Shown here: piece after piece, positions 46,704-55,942 of the stretch | Layout of the letters: every line of letters starts with the position of its first letter | Numbering within the stretch: the stretch's first letter is position 1 | Source: Candidatus Micrarchaeota archaeon | GTDB taxonomy: Archaea; Micrarchaeota; Micrarchaeia; Anstonellales; Bilamarchaeaceae | Length of the DNA: 64,000 bases | Assembly (NCBI GenBank): GCA_040758595.1 | Contig: JBFLVJ010000002.1 | Location: forward strand, 38,504 to 102,503 | Direction of reading: 5' to 3' | Program-made: the position numbers and the translations under genes | Notes under the pieces: model-generated | Seen by the model: only the letters and a program-made list of their open reading frames with translations | Databases searched by the model: none | What the model was told of the DNA's origin: nothing

Positions 46704-47888
46704 ATGGATCCCCTAGACGTTCACAGGAAGCTCAAAGGCAAGATATCCATAGCTGCCAAGGCAGAACTCAAAACCACAGCTGACTTGTCCATCCTATACA
46801 CCCCGGGGGTGGCAGAGCCGAGCCGGCAGATAGCGCGCGATCGCTCCCTCGCATATCAATACACGATGAAGCCGAACGCCGTGGCTATCGTGACCGACGG
46901 GACGCGGGTGCTCGGGCTAGGAGACATCGGGCCGGAGGCCGCCCTTCCTGTCATGGAAGGCAAGGCGCTCATAATGCAGCAGTTCGCGGGGATAGACGCA
47001 TTCCCCATCTGCCTGGCAGAGAAGGATCCGGACCGCATCGTGGAGATCGTGAAAGCTATATCACCCGGATTCGGCGCCATCAACCTGGAAGACATAGCGA
47101 CCCCCAAGGTCTTCCACATCGAGAGAAGGCTGACCGAGGAGCTCGACATCCCGGTCTTCCACGACGACCAGCACGGGACGGCGATGGTGGCTTTGGCCGG
47201 GCTCTACAACGCGCTTAAGGTGACTGGCAAGGCCGGTGGGATTTCGGGCGGGACAGAGGAGACGCGAAACCCAAAACCCGGAACACAAGACCCGGGACAC
47301 GAGACCCGGATAGGGATAGTCGGAGCCGGCAGCGCAGGTTATGCGATAGCCAAGCTCCTCAAGGCGGCGGGATTCGACGACCTCGTGGTTTTCGACAGCC
47401 AGGGCGCCCTCTCCGCATCCAGGGAAGGGCTCAAGGGCTACAAGCAGGAGCTCGCTGCCATGAACCGCTCGGGTTTCTCAGGCATGATAAACGAGTTCGC
47501 AGGGGCCGACGTCATCATAGCGGCCTCGAAACCCGGCGCCCTCCCCATAGAGGCCATCAAAGCCATGAGAAAGCCCAGCATCGTTTTCGCCCTCTCCAAT
47601 CCCACCCCTGAGATTTCGCTCGAGCAGGCCCGCGAGCTCGGGATAGACGTGTTCGGGACCGGCAGGAGCGACTATCCCAACCAGATAAACAACTCTTTGT
47701 GCTTCCCCGGGTTCCTGCGGGCGCTGCTGGACCTGCGGGTCAAGAAGATAACGGACGGCATGAAGATAGCCGCCGCCAAAGGGATAGCCGAGAGCGTCCC
47801 ATCACCCTCGAAAGAGATGATAGTCCCGGACGCCTTCGACAAATCGGTAGTGGAAAAGATAAAAGAGAAAGTGGGGAAAGCGCTCTAG
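46704..47888 (+). CDS. NAD(P)-dependent malic enzyme
   Basis: YTPGVA, VLGLGDIG, EGKA, INLEDI, HDDQHGT, GAGSAG, NQINN. Confidence 0.93.
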   Translation: MDPLDVHRKLKGKISIAAKAELKTTADLSILYTPGVAEPSRQIARDRSLAYQYTMKPNAVAIVTDGTRVLGLGDIGPEAALPVMEGKALIMQQFAGIDAFPICLAEKDPDRIVEIVKAISPGFGAINLEDIATPKVFHIERRLTEELDIPVFHDDQHGTAMVALAGLYNALKVTGKAGGISGGTEETRNPKPGTQDPGHETRIGIVGAGSAGYAIAKLLKAAGFDDLVVFDSQGALSASREGLKGYKQELAAMNRSGFSGMINEFAGADVIIAASKPGALPIEAIKAMRKPSIVFALSNPTPEISLEQARELGIDVFGTGRSDYPNQINNSLCFPGFLRALLDLRVKKITDGMKIAAAKGIAESVPSPSKEMIVPDAFDKSVVEKIKEKVGKAL

Positions 47889-48664
47889 ATGCCCCCAAGG
47901 GCCGCGGCGTTGAACAGCAGGGCGAACAGGCTGGCATAGAGCAGCACCGCAGCCAGGATGAACAAGCCCACCAGCAGGAGCATCGGGACGAATATTATCG
48001 CTATCGTGCTCCACTGGCCGGTCTTGTGGACCACCACGAACGCCTTGTACTTCAGATAGAGGCCGTAGAGGCCCAGCAGGGCGCTGATTATCCCGAGCGG
48101 AATCTGCACGAGCGCCATGCAGCAGGATATCGCCGGGATCGACTCGAACCATGAGACGGGGACGATGGCCAGGGTTATCGGGAGCAGTATCACGAAGACG
48201 CCCAACGTCGGCAGGACGCTGGCGTTGAAGTGTTCCTTGTAGTTCCCGGCTCCCTTGAGCAGTCTGGCCACAAGATACTCGAGCCCGGCATATGCCGCGG
48301 TGATGAAGGGACCTAGCATGGCGAACAGTATCGTCAGGCCGACGCCGAGCACGATTCCGGCAGCGGCACCGAATGCCGCGAAGAACGGCATGAACGCAGC
48401 CAGTCTCTCGTTCTCAGGGGCCGGCAGGAAGAGCATGTTTATGAGCGCCGAGGGGATGATTATTGCTATCGCGATGACGGCGCTGATGGCTTCAAACACG
48501 TACATGTCGGCCATCCTGGGCCAGAATTCCTTCATGTCTTTCCGGACTACAGATGCCGGGTTGAAGAAGAACTCCTTCCAGGGCTTCATGTCATATGGTA
48601 TGAAACCCATTATCTTATCCACGATTTTCAGGTATCGGTCAGCGATATCGTCGATATCTGTCAT
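47885..48664 (-). CDS. Yip1-like membrane protein
   Basis: FFFNP, ARLLKGAGNY, multiple TM helices. Confidence 0.65.
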   Translation of the reverse strand: MTDIDDIADRYLKIVDKIMGFIPYDMKPWKEFFFNPASVVRKDMKEFWPRMADMYVFEAISAVIAIAIIIPSALINMLFLPAPENERLAAFMPFFAAFGAAAGIVLGVGLTILFAMLGPFITAAYAGLEYLVARLLKGAGNYKEHFNASVLPTLGVFVILLPITLAIVPVSWFESIPAISCCMALVQIPLGIISALLGLYGLYLKYKAFVVVHKTGQWSTIAIIFVPMLLLVGLFILAAVLLYASLFALLFNAAALGGI

Positions 48665-49408
48665 TCATCCACCCTTGGAGAGCATGGAGAGGCCCAGGAT
48701 CCCTCCCATGAAAGCCAGATACAGGATCACTGCGAGCGCGATGGCGGCCACGATGGGGAACAGTATCACCGCGATGGCGCGCATCTGCGAGAGCCCGTGC
48801 ACGTGCCTGATGCCCTTGTATGTCAGGTATAGGGTGTAAATCATCACCACGTAGGTGAGCGGACCCAGCACCAGGCCGATTATGGTCGCGAAGGCGAAGT
48901 ACAACGGTATCATGAGCGTGAAGTTGGCCCCGGCGCTCTTCACGACTATGGCCAGGGTCTTCTCGAAGCTGCCGGTGCCGCCGAGCAGCTTGGCGCCAAC
49001 GAAATAGACCGCCCCGGTAAGGAACATCCCGATGGCAGGTCCCAGGACCATGAGGACGAGGAACGCCAGCACGCCGCCTATAGCCAGCAGCGGGTTCAGG
49101 ACACCGACAAAGACCGCCATCATGGATATCCAGATGGCGATGACGGGCGCGAATATGATGGTAACGTACCAGCGCGAGAGCAGGGATGCCAGCCACTGGA
49201 GGATGTATATCACATAATACTCCTTGAGCAGTTCGGGCAGCGTCTGGTCCTTACCGAGCGTTTTCCCGACTTCGGCTTCTGCGAAGTCTATCCAGTAAGG
49301 CACTCCGCTGAAGGGGACCTTTCTCACCCACGAGTATGCGAACTCCCGGTATTTGCCAAGCAGGTCCGTGAGGTCCTTAGATGCCTCAGACTTTTTCACA
49401 TCGGTCAT
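48665..49408 (-). CDS. Yip1-like membrane protein
   Basis: AKLLGGTGSFEKT, GIRHVHGLS..RA. Confidence 0.75.
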   Translation of the reverse strand: MTDVKKSEASKDLTDLLGKYREFAYSWVRKVPFSGVPYWIDFAEAEVGKTLGKDQTLPELLKEYYVIYILQWLASLLSRWYVTIIFAPVIAIWISMMAVFVGVLNPLLAIGGVLAFLVLMVLGPAIGMFLTGAVYFVGAKLLGGTGSFEKTLAIVVKSAGANFTLMIPLYFAFATIIGLVLGPLTYVVMIYTLYLTYKGIRHVHGLSQMRAIAVILFPIVAAIALAVILYLAFMGGILGLSMLSKGG

Positions 49409-49449
49409 TTATCCTGTTCTCTTCTGTGCAGGTAGCCCTTAAAACGATA

Positions 49450-50868
49450 TCATCCCTGTCGTCTGACCCTCTCTTTGATGCCGGCATCGACCTTCGCAGG
49501 TCCGATGGCGCTTTCCATGACCTTGTCGAAATCATCTTCGCTCATGATGCCCCTGCCCACGACCACTTCGCGCAGTGTCTTCCTCTGCGATAGCGCCTCG
49601 CGCACCAGCCTCGACACTTCCTTGTACCCGATGTATGGATTGAGCGCTGTGGCGTATCCGAAGGTGCTCTCGAGATTCATCTTGGCCCGCTCTGCATCCA
49701 CTCTAGTGCCTTCGACACACCCGCGGAACATCCTTGTGCAGTTGGCCAGCAGCCGCTCTGCCTGGAGCAGGTTCTGCGCGATCAGAGGCGTGCAGAAATT
49801 CAGCTCCAGCTGGCTCGATTGCGCTCCCAGGACGATCGCCATGTCGTTCGCAGCCACCTGGTAGCAGACCATGTTGACCGCTTCCGGGACGGACGGGTTT
49901 ATCTTGCCGGGCATTATCGAGGAGCCCGGCTCCACCTCCGGTATGATGAGCTCTGCGATGCCGGCCCTGGGCCCCGAGACCAGGAGCCTCAAGTCATCCG
50001 CTATGCGCCCCAGCGTGACCGCATATCTGCGCAGCGCAGCCGACAGTGTCGTGAAATCGTTATGGCTCTGGGTGGTCTCGACAGTGTCCTCGGCGCACTT
50101 GAGCCGCACCATGAACAGTCCCGTCTCGTTGAGCCGCTCCACCACCTCTTCCCTGAACCTAGGGTGGGTGTTGATGCCGCTTCCGGTTGCGGTCCCGCCG
50201 ATGCCCAGCTCGGCCACGCACTCGAGCGCCTCCTCTATCCTTTGGAGGTCCTTCTCAATCGCTCTGGCCCAGGCTGCGAACGTCTGGCCGTAGGTCATCG
50301 GGACAGCATCCTGCAGGTGCGTCCTGCCTATCTTCATGGTGGATTTGTATTCCTCGGCCTTTGCCAGGAGCGCATTATGGAACAGCTCCCCTTCAGAGAG
50401 CACCGGAGCGGCCATCTTGATGGCTGCCAGCCTGGCCGCGGTCGGAACGACATCGTTGGAGCTCTGCGACATGTTGACATGGTTGTTCGGATGCACGATG
50501 GCATACTCCCCCTTCTTCCCGCCGAGCATCTCCTCGGCCAGGTTGGCTATCACTTCATTGACGTTCATGTGGAGAGGGGTGCCGGCTCCTGCCTGGTAGG
50601 CGTCAAGGATGAACTCCTTGTCGAGCTTGCCGGAGATCACCTCATCGGCAGCCCGCTCTATCGCATCCGCCTTGCTCTGCTCGATCGCTCCGAGGGAGCC
50701 GTTCGCCTGCGCGGCCGCCTTCTTGATGAGCGCCACCGCATATGTGAGCTCCCTGTCCACCAGCATCCCGCTAAGCTTGAAATGGCTGCTCGCACGGACC
50801 GTGAACGAGCCGTAATATGCCTCGTCAGGCACTTCGACTTCCCCGATGAAATCCTCTTCTTTCCTCAT
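49450..50868 (-). CDS. Class II fumarate hydratase / aspartate ammonia-lyase
   Basis: HPNNHVNMSQSSND, GRTHLQDA, GSSIMPGKINP. FumC and AspA cannot be separated by eye. Confidence 0.9.
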   Translation of the reverse strand: MRKEEDFIGEVEVPDEAYYGSFTVRASSHFKLSGMLVDRELTYAVALIKKAAAQANGSLGAIEQSKADAIERAADEVISGKLDKEFILDAYQAGAGTPLHMNVNEVIANLAEEMLGGKKGEYAIVHPNNHVNMSQSSNDVVPTAARLAAIKMAAPVLSEGELFHNALLAKAEEYKSTMKIGRTHLQDAVPMTYGQTFAAWARAIEKDLQRIEEALECVAELGIGGTATGSGINTHPRFREEVVERLNETGLFMVRLKCAEDTVETTQSHNDFTTLSAALRRYAVTLGRIADDLRLLVSGPRAGIAELIIPEVEPGSSIMPGKINPSVPEAVNMVCYQVAANDMAIVLGAQSSQLELNFCTPLIAQNLLQAERLLANCTRMFRGCVEGTRVDAERAKMNLESTFGYATALNPYIGYKEVSRLVREALSQRKTLREVVVGRGIMSEDDFDKVMESAIGPAKVDAGIKERVRRQG

Positions 50869-50892
50869 GCTGTTCACGCTTGAAGGATTGCG

Positions 50893-51528
50893 CTATCTCT
50901 TCGCCTTCAGGAAAAGCAGGGGGATCAGCGCCAGTCCGAGATGGCATGCCGAAGGCGCTGGGCCTGGCTCCGGAGCCTCTTCGTCCTGGAGCGGGCTCTC
51001 ATCTGCCGGGGCGCCTTCGTCGTCCTCAGGGAACGCGACCTCCTCCGCCGGCGCTTTCACCACCGGGGCTTCTTCCTCCGGCAGGTCAGCTACAGGAGGC
51101 TCTTCCTCGCCAGGAGGCGGAGCTTCGGTCTCTGGGGGCGGTTCGAAGCAGTTCTGGTATGAGAATTCTATCTCCCGGCTCCGGTAGCCGCTCTTATCTA
51201 TCCTCAAAATGAACAGCGCTGTGAGGTAATCCCTGTTGCCGAGGACATCTATCCTTGCCATGCCATATGGATCGCTGTTGCCTGTCGCTATCAGCTGGTA
51301 CTCGTAATCTGTGTAGAAGAGATATGCGCTGGCTCCGGCTATCGGCTCCTCGCTCTCCTGCCCCTTTATCTCGGCCGTGATGTTCTTCATGTCGCAGTCT
51401 ATGAATATCGCCACGCTCAAAGGCTCAAGGTTCTCGTTGCCTGTGTCCTTGACATCCAGATAATCTGCCTGCACCCCGAAAGCGGATGCCATCGCGGCCA
51501 TCATCAGCAAAACCAAAAACATCCTCAT
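50893..51528 (-). CDS. Exported protein with acidic Pro-rich stalk and C-terminal Cys+TM anchor
   Basis: Signal peptide; paralogous to 52537-53142; tail ACHLGLALIPLLFLKAKR. Confidence 0.7.
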   Translation of the reverse strand: MRMFLVLLMMAAMASAFGVQADYLDVKDTGNENLEPLSVAIFIDCDMKNITAEIKGQESEEPIAGASAYLFYTDYEYQLIATGNSDPYGMARIDVLGNRDYLTALFILRIDKSGYRSREIEFSYQNCFEPPPETEAPPPGEEEPPVADLPEEEAPVVKAPAEEVAFPEDDEGAPADESPLQDEEAPEPGPAPSACHLGLALIPLLFLKAKR

Positions 51529-52529
51529 TGTTCACACGCTCCATCCACGCATCTCCTGTTCATCGGACAGGCGAAGCTGGCATTGATCATCTCATTTCCC
51601 TCGCAGTAATACTCCACTCCCCCGTAATCGTCCACGCAGAAATCCCTGCGTATCACATCGCCCTTATTGACAGCGCCTGCCTTGGATATGAAGTATCCGC
51701 TATCCGAGTCGCTGCAGACGTCTTCCTTGCATGCGGCCTCTACGCATCTGGTGCCTGCCGGGCAGTCCAACTCATCATAGAACATCTCGTTGCCCTCGCA
51801 ATAGTATTCCCTGAGCCTTCCGTCAGGGAGGCATTTGTCGAGGTATTCCCCGCTGACCAGGTTTATCGTCAGCGTTATCCTGCCCCCCTGCCCGATCGTA
51901 TACCCTTCATCCGTGTCAATGCAGATCTGGCCGCTCTTCATGCAAGCGCCCTCCTGGCAGCTGTAGCCGGATGCGCATGCGACGGTCTCGCTCCTCACCT
52001 CGCCTTCGAGGCAGTAGTACTCCTTCACGTTCTTGCTGTCCATGCAGCTATCCTGGTAGCTCTCCCCGGAAGCGGTGGCGGTGCCCTTCTTCTTGTAGTC
52101 CTTTAAGTCGCTGTCCTGGCAGTCTCCGACCGTTTGCGGCTGGGATTCAACGCATGCCCCGTCTTGGCATTCATATCCCTCTTGGCAGGGAAGCGTCTCG
52201 ACACCCACCGAATCCCCATCGCAGAAATATTCCTTGACAGAATCGAAGCCGGTGCAATAATCGGAATAGCCGAGCCCGGCCGTGGCGGCAGTGCCCGCGA
52301 CATCCGCGACTTCGCCCCCATCGCTGTCGGTGCATTCCTCCTCTATCGTGCAGGAGCCGTCATGGACGATCTGCGCCCCGGCGCACTGCGCAGAGCATAC
52401 GTTCGTGTACGTGATTCCATCCGCCCCGCATACCGGAGTGTACTCCAAGGTGCAGACGCAGCCCTCATCGGCCTGGCCTGCGCATCCATACAGGAGCGCC
52501 ATCAGAGCTATCAGGATAAGAACTCTCAT
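51525..52529 (-). CDS. Lipoprotein with Kazal domain and Cys-rich CxDSDxG repeats
   Basis: CTLEYTPVCGADGITYTNVC Kazal motif; four C.D[ST]D...D.C...EY[YF]C...C..GAC-like repeats. Confidence 0.85.
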   Translation of the reverse strand: MRVLILIALMALLYGCAGQADEGCVCTLEYTPVCGADGITYTNVCSAQCAGAQIVHDGSCTIEEECTDSDGGEVADVAGTAATAGLGYSDYCTGFDSVKEYFCDGDSVGVETLPCQEGYECQDGACVESQPQTVGDCQDSDLKDYKKKGTATASGESYQDSCMDSKNVKEYYCLEGEVRSETVACASGYSCQEGACMKSGQICIDTDEGYTIGQGGRITLTINLVSGEYLDKCLPDGRLREYYCEGNEMFYDELDCPAGTRCVEAACKEDVCSDSDSGYFISKAGAVNKGDVIRRDFCVDDYGGVEYYCEGNEMINASFACPMNRRCVDGACEQ

Positions 52530-52536
52530 GGAATCA

Positions 52537-53142
52537 TTATGGCCTGGTCGTTATTATAAACATGAGGAGCAGGGCGGGGATTGCGCAGATTCCCGCGAGC
52601 TTTTCTCCGGTGTCCTCCTCACCAGTTGCCGGAGTCTCCGGGACGCTCCCGTTCCCGGTTTCGGTCGGATCCGGGACTATTACCTCGACCGTAGTGCCGC
52701 TGGTGTTCTGGACCGGCGGTTTCTGGGCGGGCGGGGGCTGCGGGAACGTGTAATCGGTGTAGCAGGGCGAGATGTCGAAATGGACCTCCTTGCTCCGGAA
52801 CCCGTCTTTCTCCATCACAAGTATGAAGAGGCCGCGCATGAGCGTAGTCTGCCCGGGCAGCTTGTGGAGGGCGAACCCGTCCTTGTCGGTCTCCACGCTG
52901 GATAGCAAGGGAGAGGAGAAATCCACGTACTTGAGCAGGCTGCCCGCATCCTGCACCGGCTCGTAATCCTCGTCCATCACATAGAGCTTTATCGCCGATG
53001 CGGTGCAGTCCACGCTGATGGCGTAGACGAACTCCTTGAACATCGGATCCCCCAAGTCGTCCTGTTCGTATATCCTGGGAGGCGCGGTGGCTGCGAAGCA
53101 TGTGGAGAATAGGATCAGCGCGAACGCCAGCCCACGCATCAT
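52537..53142 (-). CDS. Exported protein with C-terminal Cys+TM anchor
   Basis: Signal peptide; shares DC...L.Y.D...LFIL...K.G.RS.E..F....C with 50893-51528. Confidence 0.7.
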   Translation of the reverse strand: MMRGLAFALILFSTCFAATAPPRIYEQDDLGDPMFKEFVYAISVDCTASAIKLYVMDEDYEPVQDAGSLLKYVDFSSPLLSSVETDKDGFALHKLPGQTTLMRGLFILVMEKDGFRSKEVHFDISPCYTDYTFPQPPPAQKPPVQNTSGTTVEVIVPDPTETGNGSVPETPATGEEDTGEKLAGICAIPALLLMFIITTRP

Positions 53143-53146
53143 AGGG

Positions 53147-54106
53147 TCACTTCTCTGCGGCTATCTGGGCCAGCAGGGCCTCTATCTGTATGCGTTCGTT
53201 TGCGCCCTGGACCAGCCGGAAGTTGCACTCGCCCACCTTGTCGATGAGCCTTATCCTCTGTTTCTCCGGGACCTCCAGAGACGGTATCTCGCGGTAGACC
53301 TGGTAGAGTATGTCCTCCCCGCTAAGGCCGTATGTTATCAGCAGCTTGTCCAGGTTAGCCCTAGCATCCAGGAACTTGCCTGCGAGCGCCTGGACCACCA
53401 TCTCCCGGACTTCCTTCGGGTTTGCTTTGCTGCTGGTCTTGTGTATCAGCTCCTCGGTGATGTGCTTGGAATGCATGGCGCAGCCCTGGACGGTGTTGAG
53501 CGCACGCCGCATATCCCCTTCAGAGACATAGAAGAGCGCGTCATACGCCTTCTCATCCAGCTTGAGCTTCTCCTCCTCGGTGACCTTGTGGAGGGCCTTG
53601 CGGACATCCTCTTTTGTCAGCGGCATGAAGCGGAACACCGCGCACCTGCTCTGGATAGGCTCGATTATCTTGGATGAATAGTTCGCGGAGATGATGAACC
53701 TGGTGACCGATGCGTTGGCTTCCATGGTCCTGCGCAGGGCCTGCTGGGCGTCTGCGGTGAGCGCATCCCCTTCATCCAGGAAGATGAGCTTGAAGGGCGC
53801 GTTCCCGATCGAGACCGACCTTGCGAAATCCTTTATCCTGCCCCTCACTATGTCTATGCCCCGGTCGTCGCTGGCATTGAGCTCGAGGAAATTCCCGGCT
53901 AGTTCAGGCCCGTAGAGCTCATGGGCGAGCGCCAGGCAGCAGGTCGTCTTGCCCACCCCGGGCGGCCCGGCGAAGAGCATGTTCGGCATGTTCCTGCTCT
54001 TGACAAAAGCCTTGAGCCTCTGGACCGCTTCGCTCTGGCCAGCGACATCATCCAGCCTGCGCGGCCTGTATTTCTCTGTCCATGGAAGGATATCGGTCTG
54101 CATCAT
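53147..54106 (-). CDS. rfcS: Replication factor C small subunit (no intein)
   Basis: PWTEKYRP, GPPGVGKT, ELNASDDRG, ALRRTME, IQSRC. Confidence 0.96.
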   Translation of the reverse strand: MMQTDILPWTEKYRPRRLDDVAGQSEAVQRLKAFVKSRNMPNMLFAGPPGVGKTTCCLALAHELYGPELAGNFLELNASDDRGIDIVRGRIKDFARSVSIGNAPFKLIFLDEGDALTADAQQALRRTMEANASVTRFIISANYSSKIIEPIQSRCAVFRFMPLTKEDVRKALHKVTEEEKLKLDEKAYDALFYVSEGDMRRALNTVQGCAMHSKHITEELIHKTSSKANPKEVREMVVQALAGKFLDARANLDKLLITYGLSGEDILYQVYREIPSLEVPEKQRIRLIDKVGECNFRLVQGANERIQIEALLAQIAAEK

Positions 54107-54164
54107 TACCCTTCTCGTGTCAATCTATATAAATTTTATCCGAGAAGCCTTCCCGAGTGATTAT

Positions 54165-54851
54165 ATGGATCGCGTGAAGACAGGAATCGCAGGACTCGAT
54201 GAGATGCTCAACGGGGGCATCCCGACCGGAAGGCACGTGGCGCTCTACGGAGGGCCCGGTGCGGGGAAGAGCTCATTCTGCTTCGAGTTCCTCTACCAGG
54301 GGGCCAAGATGGGAGAGCCCGGCCTCTACATATCGCTCGAAGAGACCACCGAGGACATCCTCGACAACATGAAGAGCACGTTCCCTCTTCTCAAGGACGC
54401 CAAGAAGCTGATAGACGACAAGGCGCTGGAGATAATCAAACCCGAGAAGCTGGAGCTCGAAGAAGTCGCCAACCTGCTCGAGGACCGCATAACATCCAAC
54501 GGGATAAAGAGGGCGGTCATCGACTCTGCGACCATGATACGGCTCTCGTTCAAGAACGACATCGAATACAGGCAGACCCTTTTCGAGTTCCTTTCCCTGC
54601 TCAGGAACCTGGACGTGACCACCATCACCACCGTGGAGGCGGCGAGCGCCAGGCGCGAGGAGATGAAATTCGACATCGAGCACTTCGTCATGGACGGCAT
54701 CATCAACCTCTACAACCTGGATCGGGAGGATCGCCGCGTGCGGGCCATGGAGGTATTCAAGATGCGCGGGACCGACCACTCGAGGGACCTGGTGCCCTTC
54801 AAGGTGACCCCGTCCGGCATAAAGGTATATGTGGGAGAGAAGGTCTTCTGA
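54165..54851 (+). CDS. KaiC/RAD55-like ATPase
   Basis: TGIAGLDEML.GG, GGPGAGKS, AVIDS, KMRGT.H. Confidence 0.9.
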   Translation: MDRVKTGIAGLDEMLNGGIPTGRHVALYGGPGAGKSSFCFEFLYQGAKMGEPGLYISLEETTEDILDNMKSTFPLLKDAKKLIDDKALEIIKPEKLELEEVANLLEDRITSNGIKRAVIDSATMIRLSFKNDIEYRQTLFEFLSLLRNLDVTTITTVEAASARREEMKFDIEHFVMDGIINLYNLDREDRRVRAMEVFKMRGTDHSRDLVPFKVTPSGIKVYVGEKVF

Positions 54852-54917
54852 CCCTCCCCATAGCCTGTTTTCCCCTCATCATCCTCATTTATAAACACTT
54901 TTTATCATCATTTTTGC

Positions 54918-55883
54918 ATGAATCCCGCACGCAGAGAGTTCCTCAGGACGTTGGCCAAAGGCAGCGCCGTCGGAGCCACCGTTGCGGCCGTCTCGGCTAT
55001 CGACAGGCCCTTCAGGCCCTTCGCCCCGCTTCTTGCAGCCCCGGCCAGCGCCCGCTACTCCACCTCCACCGACCCGTTCGCCATGGACAGAAGGCTCAAA
55101 GCGATATCTTCTGCCGTCCCTTCGGGCACCGCGCAGGCCAAGGTCTCCTGGATATTCAACAGGCTCAACCGCTACGCTTCGGGCGGGGTCAAGGTCCACT
55201 CCATGACCGGAAAGCCCCCCAGGACCGCCGCAGAGGCGCTCGCCAAAGGCGGCGACTGCACCGACCTGACCAATATAGTCGTCTCGCTCTTCAAGCAGCA
55301 CAACATCCCGGGCGGGGTGATGCTGGTGCATTTCGACAGCGCGCCTGCCTACCTGGACCACGTGGTGCCCTATGCCCTCCTCGGAGGGAAAAAAATCATC
55401 GTAGACCTCCAGACAAACACGCTCGGCAAGACCGCTCAGGGGGCCTACAAGAAGCTCATGGACCTCAGCTATGCTGAAGGGGCCGGCATGTACCACCGCG
55501 AGATGGGAGACTTCTTCAAGCAGAAGGGCGACTCCAAGGTAGCATTCAGCGCCTACAAGCGCTCGGTGGAGCTCAACGACAAGGACCCGCATGTCCACCA
55601 GAACCTGGGTATCCTCTACCAGAAGGCCAACGACCATGCCAATGCATTGAAGCATATACGGAGGGCGGCGGCGCTCGATCCGGCCTACAAGAAGCATCTT
55701 CCAGGAGCCATCTTCAATTCAGGCCTCCAGGAGGGGCAGAAAGCCTATGGGGAAGGCAGGTTCGCCGACTGCGCAAGGCATTTCGAGATGGCGCTCGATT
55801 CCGGCCACCCGATTCCGGCATCATACCGGAAAGCCCTCCAGGGCAACATCCAGCTTTGCAAATCGAAGGCGGCAGGGAACTGA
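54918..55883 (+). CDS. Tat-signal transglutaminase-like protein with TPRs
   Basis: ARREFLR twin-arginine motif; GGDCTD...DHV...VD putative triad; TPR-like helices. Confidence 0.75.
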   Translation: MNPARREFLRTLAKGSAVGATVAAVSAIDRPFRPFAPLLAAPASARYSTSTDPFAMDRRLKAISSAVPSGTAQAKVSWIFNRLNRYASGGVKVHSMTGKPPRTAAEALAKGGDCTDLTNIVVSLFKQHNIPGGVMLVHFDSAPAYLDHVVPYALLGGKKIIVDLQTNTLGKTAQGAYKKLMDLSYAEGAGMYHREMGDFFKQKGDSKVAFSAYKRSVELNDKDPHVHQNLGILYQKANDHANALKHIRRAAALDPAYKKHLPGAIFNSGLQEGQKAYGEGRFADCARHFEMALDSGHPIPASYRKALQGNIQLCKSKAAGN

Positions 55884-55942
55884 TACGCTCGGTTAAAAAT
55901 GATTCCTAAGAATATTTTTCCGTCTAATTCAGAGGTAATCAG

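Noticed and set aside
26893..54851. Two KaiC-like ATPases as a circadian system
   Set aside because: Both are single-domain RAD55/KaiC-like proteins common in archaea; no kaiA or kaiB seen.
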